Positions 13,090 through 31,615 of a DNA stretch of 64,000 bases are shown here, piece after piece. The notes below the pieces were generated by a model, which saw nothing but the letters and a program-made list of their open reading frames with translations, did not search any database and was not told where the DNA came from. Position numbers and translations under genes: made by a program. The stretch comes from Octopus vulgaris (Eukaryota). Numbering within the stretch: position 1 is the first letter of the stretch; each line of letters starts with the position of its first letter. The stretch covers positions 53,692,001-53,756,000 of the forward strand of contig OX597820.1 in NCBI GenBank assembly GCA_951406725.2, given 5' to 3'.

Positions 13090-14600
13090 ATGCGGGATAT
13101 CATAAAGAAGGGAAGTAATAAACAGAATGAAAGACGATAAACCTCGCCCACCTTCACTTCCGAAACAGATATCATCACTATTAAACTACAAAATGCTGGA
13201 TGAAAGTATGTAGTTAATATGTTACACGTAATATTTAACATTGCATGGAAAATAGGAAAAATCCAAAAGATGGGGACCCGTATGCAGATAACACTGATAT
13301 ATTAAATGAGAAGTGATTTGTCACTACATCAAAATGTATTTAACTAGATCCGAAAAGATACAATGAAAAACTTAAACTGAGAGGTGATGCAGGAGCCAAT
13401 TCAGTTTTAGACCTGGTAGAAGTGAAGATGATGCTTTTACAGTCAAACAGAACGTCAAAAATACAAAAGAACGTCTAATACCCTTACAATTCAGCTTTAA
13501 AGGTGACTTTAATATGATGTGGAAAGAAGCTCTATGGAAAAAGAAAGCAGCTATAGAGGAAATCCCTAAGGTAGTGAGGATAATAGAAGCGTTATATAAA
13601 AATACGGATCGAACTGTTGTCATAAACGATTAGCTAACGAATTACTTTAAAATACGCCTGGATCTTAGTCAAGGTGGAATGTTAACACATACTCTACTCA
13701 GCTCTTCCTAGAATTTAGCATGTGTGAATACAAAACTTGGATAAAGATCTTGAAATTAATGCTATTCTCTCAGATTGAGTAAAAAGGGAGAGTATGGTGC
13801 GAAATGCAAAAGCCTTCAGTTAGGAAAGAAATTATTAGATTGAATATTTCTGAAATAAGATATTTTGCAGCGTTTCGAGAGACCCATAGAATAACTACCA
13901 GGCTTTTAAAAAATGAAAATAAATGTACTGTGATCGATTCATTCGACAAAAGAAATTCTTCAAGGTGATGCCCCAGCACGACCGCAGTCTAATGACTGAA
14001 ATATGTAAGGAATAGAACCAAAGAGACTAGAATTGAACCAAATGAATCTGAGAGTGAGAAGATAGATAGCACAGTTATCTACAGCATTTGAAAAAAATTA
14101 AGATAACCTAGAACAGGCTGGATATCAGCCACTGACTGTACAACACATACATTCGTATTATCGCAGCCTTACGCATCGAAGACGTTATTACTAGCAAATT
14201 AAGATACATGCAACTAATAAGGTTTTTGAACTGTGGTGCTTGCGGTATATACTGAAGGTTTCATTATGATAGAGATATAGAAAAAACTTTCATAAGATAA
14301 TATATTCTCATGACATACATTATTACCGAGTTAGTAAGAGAGAAGAGACTAATAAAGGTCGGCTTTGTAGTACGGAGACCAAACACAACTAAATAACAGT
14401 GGCGTCCTGCCAAGACTTCCCAAACGCCGAGTGGTAGACCGCCAAAGATGTGAAACACTAAGATCCGTGAAAGCACAGTAATACTAAGATTACTTCATGT
14501 ACAGCATCTAACCGAACAGGATGCTGGTGATTCAGCTGGCAGGAGAGAATGAGGGCCTGGAAAAGACTACGCAACTTGCAACTGGTACGTGTATATTAAT
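13090..14600 (+). mobile_element. decayed non-LTR (RTE-like) LINE RT region, with a family B SINE tail at about 13880-14015
   Basis: Fragments QFSFRPGRS...DAFTVKQ and GLSQGGML-like RT motifs; heavily interrupted; boundaries approximate. Confidence 0.6.
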
Positions 14601-15889
14601 TACTGGTGGTATATTATGTCTCGTCTGCTAAACAAAATGCTGTGTGCCTAACGGCAACTAATATGTACTTACATGTGGCCAGATATGAGTTTAATATGTA
14701 AATTGGTTTTGTGTATCCGTTATTGTTACACCGCTAAACGTTGTAGCTATCTAAGTAATGTGTTCATAGATGGTTAATGGGCTGGATGTGGTGAGAGGAA
14801 GGGTAATAACTCCTGATATTCATATACATCCATCACCTATTTTTGTATGTATCTTCAGTCACACTATTTACGTAGACATATTCATTCGTATACGAAACGA
14901 CGTGACTTTCTGTGTTGCCCTAAATATTGTCCAGTTTTTTTTTTTTTGTTGTTTTTTTTGTATATGTCTAAGTATCTAGTCAGTTGCATTCGAGTTAGAA
15001 CAGCTGCTGTGCAGACGACGCCTGGCGAGGCAAAAAACATTCGCTACCAGCTGTTCTCTTTCCTCCAAATGACTAAGCTACCTTATCCTTAATGTCATTT
15101 AAATTCTATGGAAACCAAGGAAGGGAGAGTTCGAGAAGATGAAATAGCCAGCATTTTCATACGAAGATTACACTCAGGTACCGGTAGCTAGGTAAACAGG
15201 ATGAAGAGATGAACTAGTGAAGGAGGAAGAGATAGGCTGATTAAGCTGTGGAATACAGAATTTTGATGCTGCAATCGTTTTAAAAGAGTAACATGATAAA
15301 TTCAAAAATAGAGAGGTATTGCGATGAGAGAATAAAAGAGAGAAAAGTAAAGACAAAAGAAAGAAACAAAGACGGAAGGAAGAAACGAAAGAACGAAGGA
15401 AGGAAGGAAGGAAGGAAGGAAAGAACGAATGAACGAACGGAAGAGCATAAGAAGCAATTTGAATATGACATTTAAGTGTAGGTGTGAGAAGCTGAGAAAC
15501 GAGAGAAAAAGAGAATACAAATTTTGCTAGAGAAGAAAAACGAGAGGAAGCTTCTCTGTATAGATATAGGAAGGAGGAGACAATAGAATGAAATGTGTGT
15601 ATGAGCATGAATAATGGAGAGTAAGAAAAGCAGTGCGTAAGGATAAGAAAGTGAAGAGGAGCTTTAAAAATGCAGAAGACAAAATCACAAGGCCAATAGA
15701 CAACGAAACCGTAGGTCATGCAGGTCCAATTACAGAAAGAAGGCGGAGATTGTTACAGGTAGTCGAAGCTTATTATGAATTGGAGAGAATTGCTGCGAAA
15801 CCACAGTTAGAAGCATAAGAATGAAATGGAGGTTTACTGAAAGAAAAGAAAATAAACATTTTCACTTTTGACGGGTGCTACACTAATAT

Positions 15890-16208
15890 ATAAGCATATG
15901 TGTGAGTACACATGTATATACACGCAAACATATGCATGCACACATATACACTCATATATATAAATACTTATATGTGTGTATATGCACAAACACACATACA
16001 CACACATGAACACACACACGCATTTTCACACACATATACACAAAAATAAATATATATATATATATATACACACACACAGACACACACATATATACATACA
16101 TAATATATTTCTATTGTCACTGAGTGCTAAGTATATCTCAGCATTTATTTGGGTATTCTTATTGATATAGACATACGAACGCGTGCTGCAAGCATGTGTG
16201 TGTGCGTG

Positions 16209-16244
<36 letters not shown>

Positions 16245-16284
16245 TACATCTATCTATATCTATATATCTCTCTCTCTCTCTCTG

Positions 16285-16335
<51 letters not shown>

Positions 16336-16413
16336 TGAGAGAAAGATAGTTAGCAATTGTAGTAACCGACTAAAGGATAAAATATCTGTACATACTATCA
16401 GTATTAATTGCAT

Positions 16414-16470
<57 letters not shown>

Positions 16471-16483
16471 TAGACAGACAGAC

Positions 16484-16520
<37 letters not shown>

Positions 16521-16810
16521 CATACATACATACATACATATATGCATACATACATACATATTTGTGTGTGTATATATATGTGCACTGTGCGTGTGGTGTG
16601 TATAAGTAGGTATATGGTGCATGCATGTAGATTTTAGTATATGCATGTACATATACACAAACGTAGTTATTCAGTTATATATTCAAACAGAGACTAAAAT
16701 GTTTATGGTTTTTATGTACGTGTTTACATGTGTGTGTGTATATATATATATGGGAATCGTTGTACGAGTGTGTGTGTGTGTTTGCGTGCGTGAGGGGGGG
16801 GGGGGGCGGT
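15890..16810. repeat. compound (TA)/(CA)/(GA)/(ATAG)/(ATAC) microsatellite block
   Basis: Visible. Confidence 0.85.
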
Positions 16811-17266
16811 ATTTGTATGTGTGTGTTTTTATGTTCGCATAGATGAAAGTTACTGAAGTCAAGATAAAAGCATGAATGAAATTTAATTAAAAGAATTGAA
16901 AATATAAAATACAAGCCAAAGTAACATTTTCACCGTGTTATCAAAATGTTTTTATTTATTTATGAGGTGTTAAGGAAACAATGACGATGTATGCAGCTTT
17001 CCTGTCTTCCTGCACACACACGGAATAATCTAGTCAGACCCCGATCTTCCCTCCTGTGTCCAACATTATTTGATTAATATTTGCAAATGCAGTAGTCACG
17101 CTTTGCTGACTTTAACCCAGGGTCCCGGGCGGAAGAGAAAAATTTACGAGCATTTAGTTTAATTTCAAAAAAATAGTGGATTTATTATGTATATAAATAC
17201 ACAACGATGTGTACAGGCATAGTGACATGGTGATGCAGCACCCTTCTCTCCCTCTCTTTTTCTCTC

Positions 17267-17269
<3 letters not shown>

Positions 17270-17301
<32 letters not shown>

Positions 17302-17463
17302 CTTACATACACTCAACAAACACACACATACGCAGACATATATGTGAGGGTGTATGCGTATGAATGTGTGTGTATGATAGTGTGTTTGTGTATGTGTGTG
17401 TAAGCTTCAGTATGTACATCTTTGCTACACATTACATATGGATGAGTATACCTATGTATATAT

Positions 17464-17525
<62 letters not shown>

Positions 17526-17624
17526 GCATGTATGTATATTTATATATATATTTAGTGAGTGGGAGAGATATGTACATACATAAACATGCATATATATATA
17601 TATATGTATATTCATGCACATGCA

Positions 17625-17676
<52 letters not shown>

Positions 17677-17747
17677 CATATATATATGTATGTATGTATA
17701 CATGTGTATATATATGTTTATATATATGTATATATATGTATGTATGT

Positions 17748-17794
<47 letters not shown>

Positions 17795-17804
17795 TATGTA
17801 TATG

Positions 17805-17850
<46 letters not shown>

Positions 17851-17860
17851 CATACATATG
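17270..17860. repeat. compound microsatellite block
   Basis: Visible. Confidence 0.85.
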
Positions 17861-18543
17861 CAACACACCGTTAGTGACCCTGTGTAAACACGTATACATT
17901 GGACATCCTAGTATTCTTTCGGCTTTTAAAGCGAATTTTTTAAATAGACACCAATTTATTAACACCTAATCTCCACGCCTACCTCTGGAATACTTGTATT
18001 ATTTTATGATGTTTAAGTGTCTTTATTATTTATTTCATTATTATAGAGGGTGGGAAGGAAAGATGTAGTGTATTACACATTAGTATCGGCAAGAGGAAGA
18101 CAGGGTACGTCAGTGTGCATAATTCTGTGTGAGTTCGTATCTTAAGCTAATACCGATCTTGTTGTTGTTATTTAGTTTTTTTCACTTTTATTCTTTCTTT
18201 GTGCGCTCATTTCACGACAACGCACCATTTGTAACAATTAAAAATTTAAAAGTAGATAATAAAGATTATCGAATTCTCCTACCATGCACCCTAATTTTCA
18301 ATTTTGTTTTTCGAATTTTTTTTTTTTTTATTAATTCATCCATTCATCTATTATTTTATTTCTTGTGTTTTGTCTACTTGTTTTCTTGTTTTAGGGGGTT
18401 TCTTTTATATTCTCTGTCCGACAGTTCGGGTTTAGGCATGGAAGAAGAGCGTTGTGGTGGTAAAAAAAATACGGCTCTTTATTCAAAAATCAATTGTGAA
18501 AGATGCTACTTAAAATGCCTCCCCACCCAACACAAAGTTAAGT

Positions 18544-19450
<907 letters not shown>

Positions 19451-20449
19451 AACGGAATTAAGTACAAGAAGCGCAATGCTTTATAGAATAACATCAAGTA
19501 CAACAGCTACAACAGTATTTCATCACCATAACAAATTACGATAAACTGATGAAACAATTGTAACTACAACCCCAACATCAAAGTCAGAAGAGAAATTAAC
19601 ACAACAACTGCATCAACAACATTAGCATCTAGAAGATATAACAGGAATGAAAACAAAGAAACGATTATAAGGAAAGAAGAGAAAAATAATAATAAAAAAT
19701 GGTAAACATAAAATTGTTTAAAAGTAAAAGTAAAAATAAACGTAAAGTGATAAATAAGAATAAAAACAAAACGATGAAGCTCATAAAAATATATTTAATT
19801 TAACTGAAGGTTTTTGTTTGTTTTTATTGTTTTGTGTTTTGTGTGCTTTTGTTTTATGTTTTTTTATTTTCACGTTAATTGGTTGCGACATTTGGACAAT
19901 TTTTATAGCAGGCAATTTAAATAAACACCAACAATACTCAAACGTAACAATGACAAATACAACAACAGCAGCAGTTAACAACTAAAGAAACATTAAGAAC
20001 AAGAACAGATCTGGTAACATCGTTATACCGTCACCGCATCAATATATTCGCCACAACTATCGCCATTTTAACTAACTGCACCGCTACTGCAATTACCTCT
20101 AACACTTACTGACACCACTACTAACAATAGCGACAACATCAGCATCGACAATAGCAATACAGAGAAGAACAATCACTATATCAGCAATTCAAACTAACAC
20201 TACAGCCAGCCGCCACCAACCCGAATATCGCCCTTCCGACTCCATCTTTATCTGCGCACCGTTTCCGCCCACTGAAAGCTGCAAGCGTTAGATGTACAAC
20301 CTCACATTTTTAACAATTGTCTGCAATTATCAATTTCGAAGAAAACAAAAGAATATAACAGCTTTTCCGCCCTTAAATAACAACAATAATAAGGGTAATA
20401 ATTTCTAATATTGTTATTCCTATTATTATTATTATTATTATTATTGTAC

Positions 20450-20517
<68 letters not shown>

Positions 20518-21133
20518 CGTGAATGTTGTTTTATGGGTTTTTTACATTATAACAATAGCTAAAATGCCTGAAATGTTGATTTAACGTCATTCTACTGTTA
20601 TTTTCGCTATTGGTATTATCACAATAATAATCATCATTATTATCACAATTGCTCTCTTACTTCTTGTACTATCATTACATCGCTCTTTATTTTATTATCA
20701 TTAATTATTTTTTTTTGTTTTTTTTTTTTTTGTTTCATTTCTTCAAATTTTAACGTTCGTTGAAAACGGTGCAATTTATACGAATTTTCTCTTAAAACTA
20801 ACAAGAAAATCAAAAATATTTTTTACGAAACGCAGAAGGAAAAAAAAAGGGTGGAATTAATGATGTATATATTTTCGTGAGAAAGGAAGAGGTAGTTGTG
20901 ATGATGGTGGAATGGGAGGCATAATATTGTCAAAAAATGGTAATCCTTATTTCTCAAACAATTATCAAGAAAATTAAGCTCTTCTTAACATGTTGAGGTT
21001 GCTAACAACTTCATGTAAAACAGCCTGGATAATGAGAAAGTTTGAAATAAGTTAATAAAACTCAAATCCACCTAGCGGCATTTGAACAACACTGTAAATC
21101 TATAGACGATATTTTAGTGTTAAAATACATTTC

Positions 21134-21183
<50 letters not shown>

Positions 21184-21479
21184 AGGTTGTTGTTTTTGTT
21201 GTTATTGGTGGTGGTGGTGGTGGTGGCGGCGGTGGTGTTATCCCTCGGTTTGCCATGAGCCTCATCGAGCAGGTCTATGATCGCTGATCATATGTTTACT
21301 GTAAATGAACATCCATCGTTTTTCAACAAACACGACAGTCCATGTTCGCAAACTTCCTTGTCGAGGGGGATTTGATTGTTATATCTGTCTAAGCATCTCT
21401 TTGTTGGCGCGATATTTCAGTAGAACCATATACGTTTTAACATTGCGCGCGCGCACAGGCACACGCGCAAAAGACGCAC

Positions 21480-21568
21480 TTTGTACTTGGTTATATTCTT
21501 CCCGAGTGTTAACCTGCTACACGAAGATGTTCCTTCATCTGTCTTCGTCTTTTGTTTTCTCTAAATTT

Positions 21569-21572
<4 letters not shown>
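21480..21572 (+). mobile_element. 3' fragment of the 9121-9260 repeat family ending at (TA)n
   Basis: CTTCCCGAG...CTGTCTTCGTCTTTTGTTTTCTCTAAAT then (TA)n. Confidence 0.55.
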
Positions 21573-21616
<44 letters not shown>

Positions 21617-21690
21617 TATTTACGCACATATATATATATATATATATACACATATATACATTCATATTTACATTTATATTTATATATATA

Positions 21691-22005
21691 GGCGCATGGC
21701 TCAGTGGTTAAAGCGACGAACTTACGACCGTGAGGTTGGGAGTTCGAATCCCTGATCGGGCTGCGTGTTGTATTCTTGAGCAAGACACTTTATTTCACGT
21801 TGCTCCAGTTCACTCAGCTGTATAAATGAGTTATGACATCACTAGTGCCAAGATGTATCGGCCTTTGCCTTTTCCCTTGGATGACATCGTTGGCGTGGAG
21901 AGGGGAGGCTGGTATGCATGGACGACTGCTGGTCTTCCATAAACAACCTTTCCCGGACTTGTGGCTCGGAGGGGCACAAGTCATTCGTGACCGAAGGGTG
22001 TCTCC
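21691..22005 (+). mobile_element. tRNA-derived SINE, family C
   Basis: A box TGGCTCAGTGG, B box GAGTTCGAATCC, then GTGTTGTATTCTTGAGCAAGACACTTTA body; second copy at 43504. Confidence 0.85.
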
Positions 22006-23471
22006 AAAATATGTATGTATGTATGTTAATTGTTGTGGCGGGTCATAGTGTGAAGCTTGGTTTCGTACCTATAAAGCGTTTGGCCCTATAAGCGACTATG
22101 AACAACCGTAACAATTCTCTTCATATTACCCCTCTTGCTTCTTTCTCGGATATATAAACTACTGACTATATATATGTATATATATATATATAAAGAGAGA
22201 GGGGGAGGGAGGGAGGGAGACAATCAAACTGACAAACTGACGGAGACAGATACAGATAACATATGTGTCTATGTGGCCCATAGTCCATTAAACATTTACC
22301 TATCTACGTATATGTATATCTGTGTGTATCATAACAGTGATACTACATTATTACTTATGCTAAGTGTGTTTGTATAAATATTATAATGTTAATTTTATTT
22401 ATGTTATGATATAGTTGAAGACTGAACGACGTTTCCTGCCATTCATTTTCGTTCTATAATAAGCTTTTTGCAGAGGGATGGGATTGGAGTGGATTTTGTT
22501 CCTCAAATATTATACGTATTATTTGACAAGAGAAAATATTTAATATTCATATTATATATTCTTCTTTCATTTTACAGCATTTTATGTTGTCTTTGCAGAT
22601 CGGAAATGTCTATGTGTGATCCAATTGGGAAAAAACGTCTAGCAGTTAGTGAGAGACTTTGCTCAAACTACAAGGCGTTACCGGCAGATGCTGTGTCTTC
22701 ATACACTTTTTGAATAAGACGATGGGAGTTAAATAACCTTCGGAAAAGTTGTTTCTAATGCATACACCTAATTTATTACTCAACGAGGGAACTAAACAGG
22801 GCTTCTTCCTAACCGCTCCACCAACTTCAATTTTCAAACACATCTTCCCAGCTTACATGAAGGCTATACTAGACAAGACAGTCAGAGATATACAGAAAGA
22901 CACAATGAGCTCCACTGCTATAATTTTGATCACTGACATCCTAACCGGAACCAGTCTTGTAACTACTAAAGAAGGTTAATGTAACTCAGTACAAACCGAT
23001 ATTTAGTTTATATTTTTATATTGTAATTTCTGAGGAACAGCGTCGCATGTTGTTGAAATATAAAGGAGTAACATTGGACAAGTCATAACGGAGTCTTTAG
23101 AGCGATGCTAAATACTAGATTCTCATAAATAACTTAGTAAACCAGCGGGCGTTTTGCCCATCTTTGCCAATATAACATGCGATATATACGTGCGCGCTCA
23201 CACAAACACGCGCACGCACAAACATGCGTACACACACACATACACATACATGATTAATATGAATTTTGCTCGGCGTGCTAAAGATTCTGCCAGCTCGCCG
23301 CTCTTGCATGTATATGTGTGTGTGTGTATGTGTGTTTTCTTTGAGATTTGCGTTAAGCTCTCCTTCATAGAGGTCAACCCAATCGGAACAACGTGACACT
23401 AATATTTTGAGTTAAACCACTTCCCGTGGTCTCTAAATATGTGGTTGAATTAATATGGGCATATTAATATG

Positions 23472-23696
23472 TATTTCTTTATTACCCACGAGGGGCTAAA
23501 CATATAGGGGACAAAGACAGACAGAGGGATTAAGTCAATTACTTCGACCCCAGTGCGTAACTGGTACTTAATTTATCGACCCCGAAAGGATGAAAGGCAA
23601 AGTCGACTTCGGCGGAATTTGAACTCGGAACGTAACGGCAGACGAAATACGGCTACGCATTTCGCCCGGCGTGCTAACGTTTCTGCCAGCTCACCG
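23472..23696 (-). mobile_element. family A SINE
   Basis: Reverse complement of 304-533. Confidence 0.9.
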
Positions 23697-23950
23697 GAGG
23701 CGTATGCACCTGAACATATGTTCGGTGTAAACATGCCTCTTTAGTACTTAGTTGTCTATGCCCGCGCGTGTGTATGAGTGTATGCATTATTATTTTCCCT
23801 ATATGTATCTTTGTATATGTACTCAGCCAAGTGTATACATATACTCCCTTAAAATAGCTCAAATGGAGTAAATTTGGAATGCCCTGTAAGTTTCAATTGT
23901 GCTACTAACAGGCTGGATATGGAGGGTGTGCGACAGTCTCTTCTTTTTCT

Positions 23951-24455
<505 letters not shown>

Positions 24456-24961
24456 TCTCTCTTGATCTACCTTTAAAAATATTTGCATTTCTGAGGTTTT
24501 GTGAATATCTGTAATTATAGAGATTTATGCATCTCTGATGACATGTATGTATGTATGTATGTATGCATGTATGTATGTATGTATGTATGTATGTAGGTGG
24601 GTAGGTAGGTATGCATAAATGTATACACTCAAACGTCTTATATATATTTAGTTAAGAACTTCCATTAACTGATATTATCCATGCTATTAGTAGGAACAAA
24701 ACCCTTCTAGAGATGATTAAAATATAGAAACAAGAGAAACAACTCCAGCAATATCAGCCCATCTATTCTTTTAAAATAAAAACTGAAGCTAAAGCAAGAC
24801 AAGAATTGGGTTTAGAATTTAAGTATACCTAGAGGGAGCTGTTGTTTGATAAATACATGAATGGCCTCATTTAATGGAAGTTTCTAAATACAGTATAGTA
24901 GTTAGGTGTATGTGTGTTCAATATACATATCTGTCCTCTGTCTTACACTCATACATCCCTC

Positions 24962-25006
<45 letters not shown>

Positions 25007-25009
25007 TGC

Positions 25010-25159
25010 GGGCGTGTATTTGTGTGGTAAGAAGCTTGCCGCCTAATCACATGGGCCTGGGTTCAGTCCCACTACGTGGCATCATCGGCGGGTTTCTTCT
25101 ACTATAGGCACGGGCCGACCAAAGAATTGTAAGCGGATTTGGTAGAGACTGGAAGAATC

Positions 25160-25160
<1 letters not shown>
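25010..25160 (+). mobile_element. family B SINE 5' part
   Basis: GTGTGGTAAGAAGCTTGC...GGGTTCAGTCCC. Confidence 0.8.
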
Positions 25161-25198
<38 letters not shown>

Positions 25199-25204
25199 CA
25201 CATG

Positions 25205-25236
<32 letters not shown>

Positions 25237-25298
25237 CATATATATATGTGTGTGTGTATATTTATATGTATATATATATATGTATGTATATGTGTATG

Positions 25299-25810
<512 letters not shown>

Positions 25811-26219
25811 TGTATGTATGCGTGTATGTGTTTGTGAGTATGTGTGTAAAATTAAAGTTAATATTTTAATATAAGTTGATGTAATCGACTAGCCATCCTC
25901 CCACAAAACTTCCAGGCCTTGTACCTCTAGGAGAAAGGAATATTATAAAGTAAGTTGAAGAATAAGAATCGTACATTTACTGAATATGGTGGAACTCAAT
26001 ACTGAGGGTAGAGTCAAGTTTTGACTGAATGGTTGAATGGTTCATTGTATAGTTAATATATAACAACAGTGAAGCATTTAATCTGAGAATTTCTTAAATA
26101 ACGTTGAGACTGCCTTTGACGTTGCGTCACCATTACCCTCGCCAGATAAATCTTTCGAACTTACTGCCAACTTTTTGCGTTTCCTTGTTAAAATCACACA
26201 CGTACACATGTGGGGGAAA

Positions 26220-26272
<53 letters not shown>

Positions 26273-26326
26273 CACAGATATATATATATATATACTTATA
26301 TGCATGTATGTATGTATGTATGTATG

Positions 26327-26377
<51 letters not shown>

Positions 26378-27254
26378 GGATGAATGTTTATGTATATATG
26401 TATATACGTGTGTGTATGTGTGTATATATGTATGTGTAGTTATCTACTTAATTCCAACCATTATTTTTAGATACAGCTTTTACCACATTTGTATAAATGT
26501 GTGTGTGTGTGTGTGTGTGTGTGCCTCTAGGCAATAGTATGCATTTATTTCGTTTATTTTATTTGCAAGGGGAAGTTTTCACAGATTTTTACGAGGCAAA
26601 TATAAAAAAGAACTAACTGCAGTGCCCTTTGATGAGATGCAGAAAGTATTCTACTTAATGTTTTCCCTCCGAAACTTCAAAACTCACTTGAAATGCAGAC
26701 ATGCCCAGTGAAAAATGCTTTTAATTTCAAAATCAGTTCAAAGAATTTCCATTTCTTTATAAAAGAGGTTGGAATTAAATTTAGGTTTTAATAACTTCTG
26801 TTGTGAGAATGTGTAGCCATTTTAGTATCGTTAAAAAGAAAAAACTATGCTATTCAAGCACAGCAATAAATTCATCTTATCCTGGTCCGTACTCACCAAA
26901 GAAATATCGCTTCGGTCGCTGTTTTTTTATATATATTTTTTAATCTAATTTTTATATGGTTTTTCTTTAATACTCGTTCTTGTTGAAAATTCCTAATGAG
27001 GCTTTGCTAAAGTTCTTTTATGATACACACCATGTTTAAGAGATTAAAAGATAAAACACCATGCGAAAAACAGTCATATTAAGATTCTGTATAAAATCAA
27101 ATGGTAATGTGTTGATGAGCCGTGGAAAGAGAAATTATGTAACATTTTATCGGAAATTACAGAATTCTATCAAAAGTTGGAGAAATATTAACTTCTAATT
27201 CGACTGGAATCCACTAAACAAACAACTAAGGCTTAAGTCTTAAAAATCCAAGGT

Positions 27255-28350
<1,096 letters not shown>

Positions 28351-29771
28351 GGAGATTTGTAAAGAGGGAATATCTAGAATTTAGTTACGTGTCTTTTTTT
28401 TAGTTCAAACCTGACTAAAATTACTTTCAGCGTCAATAAAATGAATCAAATACTGTTTTAAGTAAAGATAGTTATTTTCCATCCGTCCTTCCTTCCTTCT
28501 TTATACCTTCAGCTCATGATGGAGACGCAGGGCCACCGTCAAGAGGGAAGGGCTCAGTGATACAATCAAACTATACGTGTTAAGTATTTTAAACTAATTG
28601 GTACCCTTCCTTCTCCACGTCTTAACACATCGATTTCTTCTGGTGAGAACTAGAGAAAGTGAGAGGAAAAGAGTACTGATCACAGCAGGATATAAACTCA
28701 GGGTACTGCGTATCCGGAGCGAATACCATACTGAATTCTATCCGATACTCCAACCACCACGCCATCTCACCTATTTTATGTTTATAGACATCTCTTAAAA
28801 TGTATGATGTTGAACCTATGTTAGAAATCAATACAGGAATGACTGACTTTTTGTAAGCCTGTTCTGTATATGTTATACTTGACAACTGCCTTGTTTTATG
28901 TTTCAGTCGTAAGAAGAAAAGAGGCGATTATGATGTTTTACAGAGCCGCCGTAACTGTTGGAGGCAAAAAGAAAAATAAACCGTAAATAATAAAAGACAA
29001 AGGGGAATCCAAACTGTACCTAAGATGTACCTACAATAGGAATTGGTATATCAAGATATTGATACTGGAAGCCTGGTCTGAACGCCACCACAATAACCAA
29101 CAACATCAACATCACCATCTGTACCATCCGCGCCACTTACGCCACTAAATGTGCCTAAAGGACTGATGGTGAAGTCATTCTTAGCTTTAGTCTTAGTTCA
29201 TCCGGATCCTCATTGAGCATCGGGTAGCGGGTGATCTTCAGTTATTACAGAACCAGAACCGGCCCAGAAACATCTTCCAGGCCAGACCCGTGTTTACTAG
29301 ATTCTTCTCTATGGTTCTCAACAAGGTCTTGACAAGTTTAAAATCTACTACAAAAAAAATATATATATATATATATAATAGTCATCCATTCGGTGGGTTT
29401 CTACTACACAGTCTACATTTACCTAATTTGTTTGTGTTGAATAAATAGTCTTAGATCGAAGGGAGGCAATGATTAACTCACTTTCCCTTGGGATCGCTCA
29501 GCGGGATGGAAACCGAAACCATACGATGCGAAGCGAACTACTGAACCACACAGCCATATTAACGCTCGTCACGTATCGCATGAGCCAACGATGGATACAG
29601 TATACATTCAACCATTAAATATGCAGCAGTATTTACGGAACATTTAACAGCTTACAGTATATTTAAAAGATTAACTACTTCCAATGATCAAACAACTGAA
29701 TTTCTCATTCACGAAATCGACGAAGGATCTGTTTAATTTATTAGTTTGTGAGTTTGTCGGTGAGTGTATAC

Positions 29772-29940
<169 letters not shown>

Positions 29941-30216
29941 TTAAAGCAACCAATACATGTAGTAGAAAGAAATATTTCTTGCACAGTTGTTGTTTTCTTT
30001 ATCTTGGAATCACGGACCACTAAGATAACTATAACTACTGCGCTACAGTACATAGATATACATGCATATTTGTATGCAAAATAGATCCTTTCTTTCTCTC
30101 TCTTTATTCAAGAGTTATTCAAGCTGAACAGAATAACAGGTCATTCGATCAGCTTAAATACATTTTTAAAGAGTAATTTTGGAATTGTACTTTCATCTGC
30201 GTTCATTAAAACTAAT

Positions 30217-30257
<41 letters not shown>

Positions 30258-30789
30258 TGTGTGTGTGCGCGTGTGTGTGTGCGTCCGTGCTTGCTTGCGT
30301 GTTTGTGTGTGTGTATGTTAATGTGTGCTTGTCCGCGTTAGTCCATGTCCTTACAAGGAAAATAACTGAGAAAGACAAGGGAAAAAGATTGTTCGGATAT
30401 TTCCTCACATCTTAAGTGAATATTTTTCGGTAATTCTTTGTTCATGGGATCAAATACCAACTAGAGAGAATTGGATTTCTTTCTTCATTCATCAATCTAC
30501 TTCACTATAACACCTATGCTTTGAATCTTCTTGGATTGTTATTTCATAAATTTTTGTTTTTGCTATTTATCATCATCATTTTTGATGTTTCACTGTATTT
30601 TGTTTTATATTTTTACACTGATTCTGTCTCAGAGCTCTGTCTTCTTTTACAGAATTAATTACGAGTTCGGTCTTTTACCGAACATTCTTCTTCTATTTTT
30701 TCATGTTTAACTCTTCATTTACTTAAATAGCATCCTCAATACTGTCCTTGCCAACATCACCGACATCGCTGACATACCATCAATAATCT

Positions 30790-31615
30790 TTTCTACACTA
30801 TGTACAAGGCCGGTAATTTTGGCGGGGGGAGACCAGTCGATTACATCGACCCCCCCCCCCCCCCACTGTTTCACTGGTACTTAATTTATCGACCCTGAAA
30901 GGATGAAAGGCAAAGTCGACCCCAGCGACATTTGAACTCAGAATGTAAAGACAGACGAAACACCGCTTAAGCATTTTGCCATTGTAATGAGCTATCTTCT
31001 ATAGGCACGAGGCCTGGAATTTTGGTGGAGGGGGTAAGTCGATTTTATCGAACCCAGTGCTTCACTGGTACTTAATTCATCACCCCCGAAAGGATGAAAG
31101 GCCAAGTCGACCTCACTGTAATTTGAACTCAGAACGTAGCGACGGGCGAAATACCGCTAAGCAATTCGTCCAGCGTGCTAACGATTCTTTTCTACTCTAG
31201 GAACAAGGCCCGTATTTTAGGGGGAGGTGTCCAGTCGATTTGATCGACCCCAGTACACAACTGGTACTTAATTTATAGATCCCGAAAGGATGAAAGGCAA
31301 ACTCGACCTCGGCGGAATTTGAACTCACAGCGTAAAGATAGGCGAAATACCTATTTCTTTACTACACACAAGAGGTTAAACACAGAGGGGACAAATAAGG
31401 ACAGACAAACGGATTAAGTCGATTATATCGACCCCAGTGCGTAACTGGTACTTCTTTAATCGACCTTGAAAGGATGAAAGGCAAAGTCGACCTCGGCGGA
31501 ATTTAAACTCAGAACGTAGCGGCAGACGAAATACCGATAAGCATTTCGCCCGGCGTGCTAACATTTCTGCCAGCTCGCCGCCTTAGCGTGCTAACGACTC
31601 TGCCAGCTCGCCGGC
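30790..31615 (-). mobile_element. tandem array of four family A SINE units
   Basis: Four copies of CTGGTACTT...GAAAGGATGAAAGGC.AA.TCGAC; head at about 31545-31615. Confidence 0.85.

Noticed and set aside
21691-21765. tRNA gene-like sequences, also at 43504 and 55647
   Set aside because: Acceptor and T stems pair poorly and each runs into a SINE body, so they are treated as SINE heads.
23030-23064. CTGAGGA-ACAGCG..TGTTGT-TGAAATATA hammerhead-like motif ending a possible old retroelement (22600-23100)
   Set aside because: Core spacing is imperfect and no recognisable protein motif lies upstream; too weak to call.
28490-28990. Splice-acceptor-like sites at about 28512 and 28906
   Set aside because: No convincing paired donor, and the frames close quickly.
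30790-31615. Repeated palindromic units superficially like a CRISPR array
   Set aside because: Units are about 180-230-bp SINE copies with homologous, not unique, intervening sequence; eukaryotic context and no cas genes.
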